From a virus (lineage: Duplodnaviria; Heunggongvirae; Uroviricota; Caudoviricetes), in the IMG/VR virus record IMGVR_UViG_3300042569_001383, positions 88,125 to 144,950 of that record: a DNA stretch of 56,826 bases; one strand, 5' to 3'. The translations under genes were made by a program, and so were the position numbers. Below the pieces are notes generated by a model that had not been told where the DNA came from, made no database searches, and was given only the letters and a program-made list of their open reading frames with translations. The stretch's first letter is position 1; each line of letters begins with the position of its first letter. Of the stretch, positions 39,350 to 49,301 are shown in pieces.

Positions 39350-39380
39350 AACTTCTTTATATGTATTTATTTTTAATTTA

Positions 39381-39926
39381 TCACCAATCTACTAATACTA
39401 TTTTATTGTTCCACATCATTACGTTTTGTGAACTGAAATCTAAATCTAAATCAAATTCCGGAATGTTTAATTTGTCAACATCTCGTTGCAATGCACGTAA
39501 AAAATTAACTAATTCGACTGACGTATCTCTTGCACCATCCGCATCCAGAAAATCAAATATTGAAACTTCGCCTCCTTCACTTCTTGCAAATTGTTTGAAT
39601 CGATTTAAAAAGGAATCAATTTGATTGACCATGTTCGACGAAATAGGATTGGCATTTGCCATTATAAACATATGTTCTTGGTCATTAACATAATACACCG
39701 GTATAAACGTTGTAAATTCATCCCAACGTCCTACAATACGAGTTGCAACTTCAAATTCATCTCGTTCGGTAGTAACTTTAAAAACTTTGTCTGCTCCGTT
39801 AATTTCATATACTCGACCATTATCACCGCGTCCAAGAAATTGGAATTGTTTGTTTCGTATTTTATCTAATAATTGAGAAACCTCTGATTCAGCAATTTCT
39901 GTTAATAATTGTTTTAAACGTATCAT
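39381..39926 (-). CDS. Minimal protein-kinase-like protein with N-terminal leader
   Basis: Gly loop LGRGDNGRVY, VFKVT (beta3 Lys), alphaC Glu, catalytic D-x4-N (DFSSQN), terminal LVDW. Confidence 0.8.
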   Translation of the reverse strand: MIRLKQLLTEIAESEVSQLLDKIRNKQFQFLGRGDNGRVYEINGADKVFKVTTERDEFEVATRIVGRWDEFTTFIPVYYVNDQEHMFIMANANPISSNMVNQIDSFLNRFKQFARSEGGEVSIFDFLDADGARDTSVELVNFLRALQRDVDKLNIPEFDLDLDFSSQNVMMWNNKIVLVDW

Positions 39927-41551
39927 GCTATATTCTTATCTAAATCTATTCTAATTAAAAAATTCATATCAACATCATTGCGTTTACGTATTGGTTGTGC
40001 CATTTTTCCGATAGCAAGAAGTTGACCTGCATCATCATACAATCCAACCGTAGTTATATATGGAGCAAACGCACTGCCAGTAGCAAATGTTCTGTACGTG
40101 ATATCATTATCTGCGGTTAATGATAAATTGCTTGAAACATTGAAATCGCTTGAGTCTACATTCGCAATTACATTAAGTTCATTAATAGTTTTTGTGCTTC
40201 GATATGAAGCTGTATACGGTAAATTTAAAATATCATTGAAACGATAATCCGGGGTTGATATTACAACTTGTCCTTGTTTAGCAAATACATTTCCGATACA
40301 ATTGGTTTGTAAAAATGTACCACCCTCGGTTCTATCAGATAAATATCCAATTTCAGATACAGTTAATGCTTTGTTAAATATGCGTATTTCGTCTAGTTTA
40401 CCTTGCAAATTCATTGACGTGGTATCGAACCCACCAATAAATAAATCCGAGTAATTATCGATCCTAGCAGATGCAGTAAATGGCGATTCATGATATTGTA
40501 ATAACGTGCTAGATGCCGATGCGTGTAAAGCCCCATTAACGTACATATGTAATGCACTGCCAGACTTTTGACACAATATATGCGTCCATGTATTAACTGC
40601 GACGGACGATGTTATAGTTAGTTTAAACGTAGTGCTACCCGCAGCTGAGAAAATTAATTGATTGCTTCCGCTTAATTCTACTCGGAATGGATATTGCGGT
40701 TGCAAAGAACTAGATGCTTTCGATAATACCAATTCATTTGCAGATGTCGTATTTGCTCCGGATATAAAAAATGATATTGCATAATTTACATCTCGAGAAT
40801 AGTCTCCATCTAATTTTGTTTGAATATAGCCCGCGCCATCGAATTGTGCACTTTTACCAATACTTGCAACTGTTCCATTAGTTGTTGCAATTCCATCAAC
40901 ATATGTAACACCGGAGCTATTATACGTGATTCTAGATGTATCAAAATATTCATTGAATCCTTCATAATACGTAACGCCAGATACAATTGAACTAGTAAGA
41001 AATGCTGTATTGTATAAATTTCCGTAACGATCTGATTTTATATACAATGGCAATGGGGTTCCACTATAACTACTAGTACCATACGTGCCTAAACCGTATA
41101 CCGTATTATCATTATAACTAGCAGTTAAAGTAAATGATGCTGGTTTTATGCCTTCTCCAACTTTAACCATTGGAAATGATAATATGGATGCTGATTCGAA
41201 CAATAATTTATTTGTGCGATTCAAATCAGTTGGACCGAATGTGTTGTATGGCTCTGTTTTTCTTTTGTAGAATAAATGATTAATCGAAAAATACGTAATT
41301 GTCTGCAATGAATTATCAATATTTTTTGCATCATTGTATATTAATTCAGTACCTAATGCTGGTAAAATATTTGTATCAGAATAAATTGCAGTTAATGGCA
41401 TTACACTACTAGTAGAGCTACCCGAAATTACAGTCCATGATTTATATGTTTGAAATGGATTAACTTTTACATCAGACTCACCAATCTTTTTAAAGACAGT
41501 TGGAGTTGGGCCTGTGTAATTATCCTGTTGTTTTATTTTTGATTCTGACAT
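39923..41551 (-). CDS. Baseplate/tail protein with LamG (ConA-like) domain
   Basis: WTHILCQKSGSALHMYVNG, LFIGG, QGKLDEIRIFNKAL; C-term PYITTVGLYD..QLLAIGK. Confidence 0.8.
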   Translation of the reverse strand: MSESKIKQQDNYTGPTPTVFKKIGESDVKVNPFQTYKSWTVISGSSTSSVMPLTAIYSDTNILPALGTELIYNDAKNIDNSLQTITYFSINHLFYKRKTEPYNTFGPTDLNRTNKLLFESASILSFPMVKVGEGIKPASFTLTASYNDNTVYGLGTYGTSSYSGTPLPLYIKSDRYGNLYNTAFLTSSIVSGVTYYEGFNEYFDTSRITYNSSGVTYVDGIATTNGTVASIGKSAQFDGAGYIQTKLDGDYSRDVNYAISFFISGANTTSANELVLSKASSSLQPQYPFRVELSGSNQLIFSAAGSTTFKLTITSSVAVNTWTHILCQKSGSALHMYVNGALHASASSTLLQYHESPFTASARIDNYSDLFIGGFDTTSMNLQGKLDEIRIFNKALTVSEIGYLSDRTEGGTFLQTNCIGNVFAKQGQVVISTPDYRFNDILNLPYTASYRSTKTINELNVIANVDSSDFNVSSNLSLTADNDITYRTFATGSAFAPYITTVGLYDDAGQLLAIGKMAQPIRKRNDVDMNFLIRIDLDKNIA

Positions 41552-41563
41552 GGTTAGTAAAAT

Positions 41564-41591
41564 CCCCGTTATACATATAAATATAACGGGG
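41564..41591 (-). terminator. 10-bp hairpin (probable terminator) overlapping a late promoter motif
   Basis: CCCCGTTATA-8nt-TATAACGGGG followed by ATTTT on the minus strand. Confidence 0.6.
41576..41584 (-). promoter_or_regulatory. Late promoter motif ATATTTATA inside a hairpin
   Basis: Upstream of the LamG gene and kinase. Confidence 0.6.
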
Positions 41592-41609
41592 CTTAATTAC
41601 TGGTATTTT

Positions 41610-42908
41610 TTAATAATCTAACTTAACACGAATCAATGCTTCACGTTGGAAAGATTTTAATAATGGTTTTGATAGTTTAGCAACTGCTAATAATTCTTGT
41701 GAATCATTATACAATCCAACCGTAGTAATATATGTCTTAGGATCGCCTACAAATGTTGTTTGTGAAATTTGTCCGACACTACCTGTTACATACGATGGAT
41801 TATTTGAGAAATTATATTCTGCATTTTTAACACGAACAAAATAATGTGTACTAGTAATTTTTTCTGAATTACGTGCTAAGAAACCATATGGATCTAATGT
41901 TGCTGGATTTGTTTGTAAAGCCGAACCTGATACTGAATGGAACAATGCAAAATGATTGTTACCTTCTGAACTAGAACCGGTATTGGTTTGGAAATTTAAT
42001 TGTTGATCCAACATTTTTCCATCTAATATCAATGTACCATAATCTGGATATGCTAATCCGTAATAAATTGGCGCTGTTGGATTATGTACTCCTCCATTAA
42101 TCGAACCAGATACGATGTTGTATATTTTTCCAGAATCTCCAATTGTTGCAGATGTTAATGATGAATCATCAATCAATGTAATGACACGCGAGCCTGATAC
42201 ATTTACACTTCCGGTTGCATTAGTAGGACGAGAACCAGAAATTGTCATTAATGGCAATTCCCAATTACCAGCATCTAAACGTTCTTTTAAACGATTACGC
42301 TTAAAGTTAACTACATAAATATAATCAGTGCTACCAGATCCTGCAGTTGTAAAACGACTATCATTTGGATTCAATAAAAGTTGACGGTATTGTGAATAAA
42401 TTGCTTTGCTAGGAGAATCATTAAGTTGTCCTTGCGAATCAGAACCACTACCTAATGCATGTCCAAATGCCAATGAATATTGTACAGCTGAACCCGTTGC
42501 TAATGGTGTTTTATGATATACATCAACATAATAACGACGTTGCGATGTTGTTTGAACTGACGATGTAAAAAATGTAGTTAAACTTGCTACATTGTCGGAC
42601 CATAAACCAGCTGTAACAGTTTCGGTTTGATTTGATACTACATCATTAGCTACATCAAACTTAGTAAATGTTCTTCCGTTTCTGGAAATAATTTGACCTT
42701 GTTGTTGTTCAGCAATCATTTGATTTGCTAATTGTTGAGCCAATTGTTGTACTTGTTCGTTGATAATAGCCGTAGATTGAGTAGTAGTATTTAGTGCATC
42801 TACATTTATCGCAGATACATTTCCTATTTGCAAACCACTTCTATCAAAATTTCTAGGTACACCACCTTGTTTAGGTTGTTGTTTTAAATACTTAGCTAAG
42901 TTATACAT
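41610..42908 (-). CDS. Baseplate/tail structural protein
   Basis: C-term YFVRVKNAEYNFSNNPSY..PKTYITTVGLYND.QELLAVAKLSKP, shared with the LamG protein. Confidence 0.75.
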   Translation of the reverse strand: MYNLAKYLKQQPKQGGVPRNFDRSGLQIGNVSAINVDALNTTTQSTAIINEQVQQLAQQLANQMIAEQQQGQIISRNGRTFTKFDVANDVVSNQTETVTAGLWSDNVASLTTFFTSSVQTTSQRRYYVDVYHKTPLATGSAVQYSLAFGHALGSGSDSQGQLNDSPSKAIYSQYRQLLLNPNDSRFTTAGSGSTDYIYVVNFKRNRLKERLDAGNWELPLMTISGSRPTNATGSVNVSGSRVITLIDDSSLTSATIGDSGKIYNIVSGSINGGVHNPTAPIYYGLAYPDYGTLILDGKMLDQQLNFQTNTGSSSEGNNHFALFHSVSGSALQTNPATLDPYGFLARNSEKITSTHYFVRVKNAEYNFSNNPSYVTGSVGQISQTTFVGDPKTYITTVGLYNDSQELLAVAKLSKPLLKSFQREALIRVKLDY

Positions 42909-42922
42909 AATGTGTTTCTAAT

Positions 42923-43579
42923 TTATTTATTTGCGGTAGCAGTTGTTAGTTGTTTAACTGTCAATGTAATAGTAACACTACCACCAGTTTCATTTCCTAT
43001 AATAGTAATTGTAGCAGTTTTGTCTGATAACATTTGTGTTTTAGCAACAACTCGGAATTCAAATCCAGATACAGCTACACTTTGTGCGTCTTCATTATCT
43101 CCAATAAAACGTGGAGTCGTTGGCAATACTGTATTTTGTAAAGCACGAGTAACTTGTATATCAGCAACAGTAGAATCTGATAATATTGCTGTATAACCTA
43201 AATTTGAATTACCTGATTGGAAATTGCTTGTATTAGGTGCAATGATTGCATTATTACCTGGTGCTGCTAACGTAATCAAAGTGTTACCAACATTAATTAC
43301 TGGTATATTAGTTGTTTGTTTTGGTAATGTAATTAATTTGTATTTCAATGCCTGAGTTTCGTCCGGAATTGCTTCTGTGATTGGCATATTTTCTATGATA
43401 GTACCATAATAATCAGTTCCAAGTGGGTGATCTGGATTCCATAATGAATAATCAATTTCATCGTCTCCTAACGCAAATTGCGAAATTTTAAACGCGTTAC
43501 CACCTTTTGCTAGCAACTCACGTCCTTTTAATGTTAATATTGCGTCAATCGTAACGCTAGAATTATCTAAGTATCCCAT
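42923..43579 (-). CDS. Baseplate wedge / fibre-attachment-like protein
   Basis: MGYLDN..VTIDAILTLKGRELLA...FKISQFALGDDEIDY. Confidence 0.7.
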   Translation of the reverse strand: MGYLDNSSVTIDAILTLKGRELLAKGGNAFKISQFALGDDEIDYSLWNPDHPLGTDYYGTIIENMPITEAIPDETQALKYKLITLPKQTTNIPVINVGNTLITLAAPGNNAIIAPNTSNFQSGNSNLGYTAILSDSTVADIQVTRALQNTVLPTTPRFIGDNEDAQSVAVSGFEFRVVAKTQMLSDKTATITIIGNETGGSVTITLTVKQLTTATANK

Positions 43580-43599
43580 ATTGTTTAAACCTTATTTCA

Positions 43600-43608
43600 T
43601 ATAAATAT
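43600..43608 (-). promoter_or_regulatory. Late promoter motif ATATTTATA
   Basis: Upstream of ATG 43579. Confidence 0.7.
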
Positions 43609-43622
43609 ACATGATGTTATTT

Positions 43623-46600
43623 TTATACCAAAACAAAACTTCCTTGTTCTCCATTGTTTTGATATATTAATTGATTTGGATTTGCGGTTCTCCATTCCGC
43701 TACTGCTCCACCGTCAACAGTTTGAGTTGATACAATATTGAACCCAGGAGATGACATTTTAGTACCAGCATAACGTTGATTGTCGATACCTGTTGGTAAA
43801 TAATCGCTTGTTTCACTTGCTTGATAACTTGCCGTAGAATTTATAATAATTTTATATTGTGCAAACTCTGAAACTACTGATGAAGTAATTGCCGGACAAA
43901 CAGCTTCGCTACGCCAATATGGAGTTGATGCTGTTATGTATGTACTTCCTGACAATACTAAATAATCATATGAATATGTAGTTCCATCGTATTTTTTAGC
44001 TTGAGATGCAGTTAAATACATTTGCCATTGGTCATCATCTTGTGCGGATAATGATAAAATATTTCCGTCTATACTACCTAAATATTGTAAATAATCAGCT
44101 GATGCGGTAGGTTGCGTTTCTGTAATAGTTACCGAATAACTAGAATCAAAACGTTTTATTTTTGGTAATATCGTAGCTTTGCTTCGTTCTAACAAATTAG
44201 GTTGAATTAATATACCTGTTAATTTATCAGCACGTGCTGGCAATATTTGTTCCAATTGTTTGAAAAATGATAAGTCAAACAACGTAAATATTTTAATGTA
44301 TGAATTTATATCATTTTTATCAGAATATTTTTTCCAATAAGATTGTGCGGCTTGTATTAACTGCGGATAATCAGTTGCATCTAATTCTCCTGGATCGCCA
44401 ATATATTGATCTAAATCAGTGAATCCCAATTGTGCAATGATATCTTCATCAATCATTGTTTGTGGCGAAAAATATACACCTAATTTTTTACTGTCTAATG
44501 GAGCAGTATCAAATTGACTACGTTCAGCGCGAGTTTTAACATCTAACGTACCAATTAAATCGTTAGCTTCAATACGTACTTTGTTATCATCATAAGTTCC
44601 TGCACCTAATGACACCGCATCATAATAATACGTTTCTTCAATTGAATCATATGGTGTTGCATTTGTCCAAGCTGTAAATGATGCAGATATGCTAGACGAT
44701 TGTGGTTGTACTCCCGTCAAACTGCTAGTTGTTGCATGATTTATTTTTTGCGTTAATGGCAATCTAAATATCAATTCATCGTATGCATCAACGTTTCCGT
44801 CGTATGCGGCTGGTGCTTTAACATGATTATCGAATGCCGAATCTTGTAAACTTGAAGACCATAATCGCACTTCCTGCAACTGTCCTACAAATCTACTGCC
44901 ACCGGTAGTTCCACCTAACAATACATTGCCTGCTCCACTGAATGGTGATGTATCTGAAGACGAAACTGCTGCGACAATTTTTCCGTATTTTGATTTTTTA
45001 ACTAGTAAATCGCAATCAGCACCATTATTTCTTAATAATAAAGATACCCATTCATCGTTGTATATTTCTATCGGAGATGATGGATTTCCATTCAATGATA
45101 CAGTACCTTTATTTCCACTAACGAAATCTATCGTTACCGTATTAGTTCCAACCGTAACAAGATTCATTGTGTTTGGAATAAACGGGTTGGCTAGAACATC
45201 GTCTGTGCGAAATCTCAATTCAAACGCATTGATTGTATTCGGATAATTAATACTAACAGTTCCTGCAGCACTTCCACTTAAATCCAAAGCGTAATCAAAA
45301 TTTAATTTTTCATATATAGGTGCTCTGTCTAATCTAGGTCCACCATATTCGTTAATTGAAATTATTGATTGTGGAATTCCATAACAAGACAATAATGCTT
45401 GTACACTTCGTTTAGTTCCTTTACTTTTTAAAAGTAACGGTAAATTATTTACAATTCTACGCCATATAGTATACGTACGATCTCTAGCAGATAACGACAT
45501 TCCGTTAACTGAATTAGAACCTGTTTGAGGTGTTCCGGTTTCTGTCGTGCCTAATACATATGACCATAGTTCTTGTTGTTGATTTCCATTAGTTAGATTC
45601 CAACCAAACTGTTTTGCTACTGAATATAATAATTCATTTGCCATTCCTAGTTTTGGATTTTCTTCTCGTTTATGTATCAAATTCATATGATTTATATATG
45701 AATAAATGATGTCATAATGATGACCTAACATTCTTACGAACGTTAATAACTGTTCATTATTGGAATCGAATCTTAAAAATTCCGGAATATTGTATTCTAA
45801 TGCGTTTAAATTAAATGAATCATACAACGATGCAGATTCAAGCAAGGTATTGTACCATGTTGTGAATTGCGTGCTAGCTACGGGGTACAATGTATATGGA
45901 TACGTTGAATTAGACTTAGGTATTGGCTGCACATAACTGCCGGTCATATCAGCATACACTGCATTTTCTTTTGCAATGTCATGTGTCGTTAATTTCGATG
46001 AAGATTCAAAATACAAATATTTTTCAAAATTGTCAAAACCACTCAACAATGTTGTTCGATATGATTCATATTCAGTCGAATTGTTTGATGCATCCGAACC
46101 TGAAATTTGCGATATTACTACACTTTGTGATGCATAATATTCTAACAATTCTAATTTGTATTTAAAATTAATTAAACGTTCTGTAGCGGAACTATAGAAT
46201 ATAAAATTATTGAAATCCGAATAATCAATATTTAACGGTATCCCAGATAAACTGCCGGAAAAATATGTATCGACAATTTGTTGCGATGTTTGAGTCGAAG
46301 AACCTAATAAATCATTCCATGTTTTAAATCCAGTTTCCGATGATAAATTCAATGTATCAGATGCTTGCCAATTTGGATTTGATAATTTATTAAACTGCTT
46401 AATCAAAGACTTTGCAACTATAGATACTCTATCAACATATGGATCTTTTTGTTCTTCAACAATCCAACATTTGAAATCGACATCAATATCCGAAGCTAAA
46501 GGCTCTTGCAATTTAACATATAAATACTCGCCAATTACAACGCTATTAACGAAAAGTACACAATTATTTCTGCTGAAATTTAATAAATAGTTTTTATAAA

Positions 46601-47123
46601 ATGTACTTGAAGTTTGGTTAACTGTTTGGATATACGATGTAATTTGAGTTAAAAACTCAGGATCATCTGCATCTATAGCACGTAAACGTAACTCGGTACG
46701 ATCTGGTGATATTTCATCAATTCGTAAATGTTGTCGTTCGTAATTTCCAATTAAATTTTTAAAAAAATTAATAACAAATCTAAAATTGCCGGATGTTAAT
46801 TTTAATTTATCAAATTCTTCATATAAATTAATAGCTAATGGTTGAGCTAAAAATTGTATGATTTTATTGGTTTGCGAATCGCGATATTCTGGTATTTTAT
46901 TTTGTAATGTTATGCGATGATTACCAGTAATCCACGTATCATCTGCATAAACATGTAATTCAACTCGCTGTGTTTCTGTTTGCGTGTTTATTTCGGTATT
47001 AAAATAAACAGCTTCATCTGCATCAAAACTAACAAAATCAGTTTTACTACTAGATAAACGTTCCGCAGACAATGAACCAGACGCCAATTGTATTTGATTG
47101 ATATTTTTATATTGTGTTAACAT
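43623..47123 (-). CDS. Large baseplate structural protein with LamG-like domain
   Basis: GHHYD.IYSYI, LLKSKGTKRSVQALLSCYGIP wedge-like segment; FELRFRT...FVGQLQEVRLWS LamG-like segment. Confidence 0.7.
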   Translation of the reverse strand: MLTQYKNINQIQLASGSLSAERLSSSKTDFVSFDADEAVYFNTEINTQTETQRVELHVYADDTWITGNHRITLQNKIPEYRDSQTNKIIQFLAQPLAINLYEEFDKLKLTSGNFRFVINFFKNLIGNYERQHLRIDEISPDRTELRLRAIDADDPEFLTQITSYIQTVNQTSSTFYKNYLLNFSRNNCVLFVNSVVIGEYLYVKLQEPLASDIDVDFKCWIVEEQKDPYVDRVSIVAKSLIKQFNKLSNPNWQASDTLNLSSETGFKTWNDLLGSSTQTSQQIVDTYFSGSLSGIPLNIDYSDFNNFIFYSSATERLINFKYKLELLEYYASQSVVISQISGSDASNNSTEYESYRTTLLSGFDNFEKYLYFESSSKLTTHDIAKENAVYADMTGSYVQPIPKSNSTYPYTLYPVASTQFTTWYNTLLESASLYDSFNLNALEYNIPEFLRFDSNNEQLLTFVRMLGHHYDIIYSYINHMNLIHKREENPKLGMANELLYSVAKQFGWNLTNGNQQQELWSYVLGTTETGTPQTGSNSVNGMSLSARDRTYTIWRRIVNNLPLLLKSKGTKRSVQALLSCYGIPQSIISINEYGGPRLDRAPIYEKLNFDYALDLSGSAAGTVSINYPNTINAFELRFRTDDVLANPFIPNTMNLVTVGTNTVTIDFVSGNKGTVSLNGNPSSPIEIYNDEWVSLLLRNNGADCDLLVKKSKYGKIVAAVSSSDTSPFSGAGNVLLGGTTGGSRFVGQLQEVRLWSSSLQDSAFDNHVKAPAAYDGNVDAYDELIFRLPLTQKINHATTSSLTGVQPQSSSISASFTAWTNATPYDSIEETYYYDAVSLGAGTYDDNKVRIEANDLIGTLDVKTRAERSQFDTAPLDSKKLGVYFSPQTMIDEDIIAQLGFTDLDQYIGDPGELDATDYPQLIQAAQSYWKKYSDKNDINSYIKIFTLFDLSFFKQLEQILPARADKLTGILIQPNLLERSKATILPKIKRFDSSYSVTITETQPTASADYLQYLGSIDGNILSLSAQDDDQWQMYLTASQAKKYDGTTYSYDYLVLSGSTYITASTPYWRSEAVCPAITSSVVSEFAQYKIIINSTASYQASETSDYLPTGIDNQRYAGTKMSSPGFNIVSTQTVDGGAVAEWRTANPNQLIYQNNGEQGSFVLV

Positions 47124-47140
47124 TAATTCATCTTATCTTT

Positions 47141-48139
47141 TTAGTCAAATATAAATTCATCAGAGCCTGGAATTTTTGTTCCAACTTTAGTTGTTGTGCC
47201 GTCATATATAATTGCATTTAATGTAACAGTTTCACTGCTACCTTGTATGTCGTATACGCCGGACGTATTATTAATTCCATATAACGGGGTTTCAATTGGT
47301 ATATCTACAACTTCTACAGTCCAAAATGATTTGTCAGTTAATACATACGCCGGATTGCCAGCAACTGCATTAATAGTAAATACATCATCTTCTACTAAAT
47401 CATCAGAATTCAATATAAATTCCATACCTAATACCGGATATGCACTAGTTGGGGTTGCTGTGGTTTGCAATTCAATCGCCGGAAATAACCATGGTCGATA
47501 TGATTTAATGTTATCGCGAGTTAAACGAATTTTAACATCTGTATTCGAATTAGTTACTGTAGATACGAATTGCGTTTGTATGATAAACTTTAAAGTTTTA
47601 CCACGAGTACGTAACGTTTCAATTGTACTTTTTGTTAACGTATATGCATTGTCTCGTGTCTGCGTACCACCGGAAAACGGTAATTCTCTAAATCCAGATG
47701 ATTCAAAGCCAGTTGAATAAAACCAATTACTTTCATATGATGTATTAATTTTTTCTATTGTAATAGGTTGATTTTGCTCGTCATATGTAATTGGTAATCT
47801 TAATTCCGTGTTAATATCTTGTTCTAGTTCCGGTAATTCTAAATCGATGCTAGCAGTTGTTGTTTGTATAACTCGAGTAGTTGCTGGAAATTTAAAATAT
47901 TGAAATCGCGTATCTAAAACTTTAAGTACTGAAGCAAGTTGAATTTTTGTTGCAGTCGGCTCAATTATAAGTAACGGATTGGTTTCTGATTCTTCATTTA
48001 ATTGAATATTACCAGATCCGTCACGTGGCACGATATTGGTATTGTTAGATGTAACAGTTAAATTTCCAATATATTTTGTAAATTGAGCCAATTTAATTGG
48101 ATCAAATAGTTTACCGAAATTTCTTATTGGTGTTTTCAT
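47141..48139 (-). CDS. Virion structural hypothetical protein
   Basis: Beta-rich ORF coupled to both neighbours in the baseplate operon. Confidence 0.65.
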   Translation of the reverse strand: MKTPIRNFGKLFDPIKLAQFTKYIGNLTVTSNNTNIVPRDGSGNIQLNEESETNPLLIIEPTATKIQLASVLKVLDTRFQYFKFPATTRVIQTTTASIDLELPELEQDINTELRLPITYDEQNQPITIEKINTSYESNWFYSTGFESSGFRELPFSGGTQTRDNAYTLTKSTIETLRTRGKTLKFIIQTQFVSTVTNSNTDVKIRLTRDNIKSYRPWLFPAIELQTTATPTSAYPVLGMEFILNSDDLVEDDVFTINAVAGNPAYVLTDKSFWTVEVVDIPIETPLYGINNTSGVYDIQGSSETVTLNAIIYDGTTTKVGTKIPGSDEFIFD

Positions 48140-49272
48140 TATCTAACTACTTTAAAATATACATCATCATCTACAAATTGTTCTGTGAAACCATCAATGA
48201 TTTTAAATTGTAAACGATAGTAACGTTCTGGCATAAACCCATTCATATCTATATAAATGTAATTGCTGGTATTATCACAACTTACTTTAGTATAAATATT
48301 GTCATATGGAATAATGACCTCATCAGTTGCTGCATCTAGTACCGTATAATATGTAGTAGCCGGCAAACGTTTAACGGTTTGTGTTGGAAATAAATTAGTC
48401 GGAGATTTTTGTGGATATTTGTCTCTGGTATATATACGCATCTTAATTATTTCAGTATCACGATATTCTGGTTTTAACTTTGTATACACTGTATACGATT
48501 CTAAATCAACAGCAGACAAAGACGACGAATAATATGTATCATCCCAATACATTGTAAGTTTAGGAACATATATGGTATGTGTCTCTTTGCTAAAAAACTG
48601 CGTAAAACCAGTTACGGCATCATTTAATTCATCAGCATCTGAGAATTTCAATACGAAACCGTTATTATCTATAGATTGACTGTTACTGCCACTTATCCAT
48701 TTTAAAACTATATCGGATACATCAATTGATAAATCTGTAGTTTGATATGAAAATGATTGCGAACATGTAAACACAGAACTACCGGTACTATACAACCAAC
48801 TACCACCCGCGCCAGAACCTGATACAAATATACCAGATGAGCCTAATTCAATTTGTTGTGAACTAGATATCCACAAATTACCTACTTGTGAATCTAATGA
48901 CCAAGATGCATATGGAGTTGCCCATTGTACGCCGTTTGAAATGATTGGATCAGAAGATGCATATCCAGTTCCATTAATCCATGGTTGCCCTGCTAATTTT
49001 ACATCAATTGTATATTGTGATGGCAAGTTTTTTGCATAACTAGTATATAATTGCAATACAAATTTGGCGTTTGCTGGCGATACTGAATATTTTGATAATG
49101 ATGCTGAAACTTCAGTTTTATCAAATTTAATTAACGATCTCGATTTTTGCCATGTACTACCGTCGGTACCTAAACGTTTTCCAATCTCTAAGATTTCATC
49201 TAATCCAGTATTGGTTGTAGGTAAACCTGCGTAAACAGTAGCATCGGCTTCGGGATAAAATATTTTAAACAT
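48139..49272 (-). CDS. Virion protein with DNRLRE/CBM96-like N-terminal domain and Ig-like C-terminus
   Basis: EADATVYAG.P.TNTG.DEILEIGK...RSLIKFD, AKFVLQLY, NNGFVLK, FFSKET. Confidence 0.6.
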   Translation of the reverse strand: MFKIFYPEADATVYAGLPTTNTGLDEILEIGKRLGTDGSTWQKSRSLIKFDKTEVSASLSKYSVSPANAKFVLQLYTSYAKNLPSQYTIDVKLAGQPWINGTGYASSDPIISNGVQWATPYASWSLDSQVGNLWISSSQQIELGSSGIFVSGSGAGGSWLYSTGSSVFTCSQSFSYQTTDLSIDVSDIVLKWISGSNSQSIDNNGFVLKFSDADELNDAVTGFTQFFSKETHTIYVPKLTMYWDDTYYSSSLSAVDLESYTVYTKLKPEYRDTEIIKMRIYTRDKYPQKSPTNLFPTQTVKRLPATTYYTVLDAATDEVIIPYDNIYTKVSCDNTSNYIYIDMNGFMPERYYRLQFKIIDGFTEQFVDDDVYFKVVR

Positions 49273-49285
49273 AATATACTTTTAG

Positions 49286-49294
49286 TATAAATAT
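49286..49294 (-). promoter_or_regulatory. Late promoter motif ATATTTATA
   Basis: Upstream of ATG 49272. Confidence 0.7.
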
Positions 49295-49301
49295 TCAAAA
49301 C

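Noticed and set aside
39350-39383. Stop-codon readthrough extending the kinase
   Set aside because: TGA is followed immediately by TAA, and the next gene starts about 30 nt later
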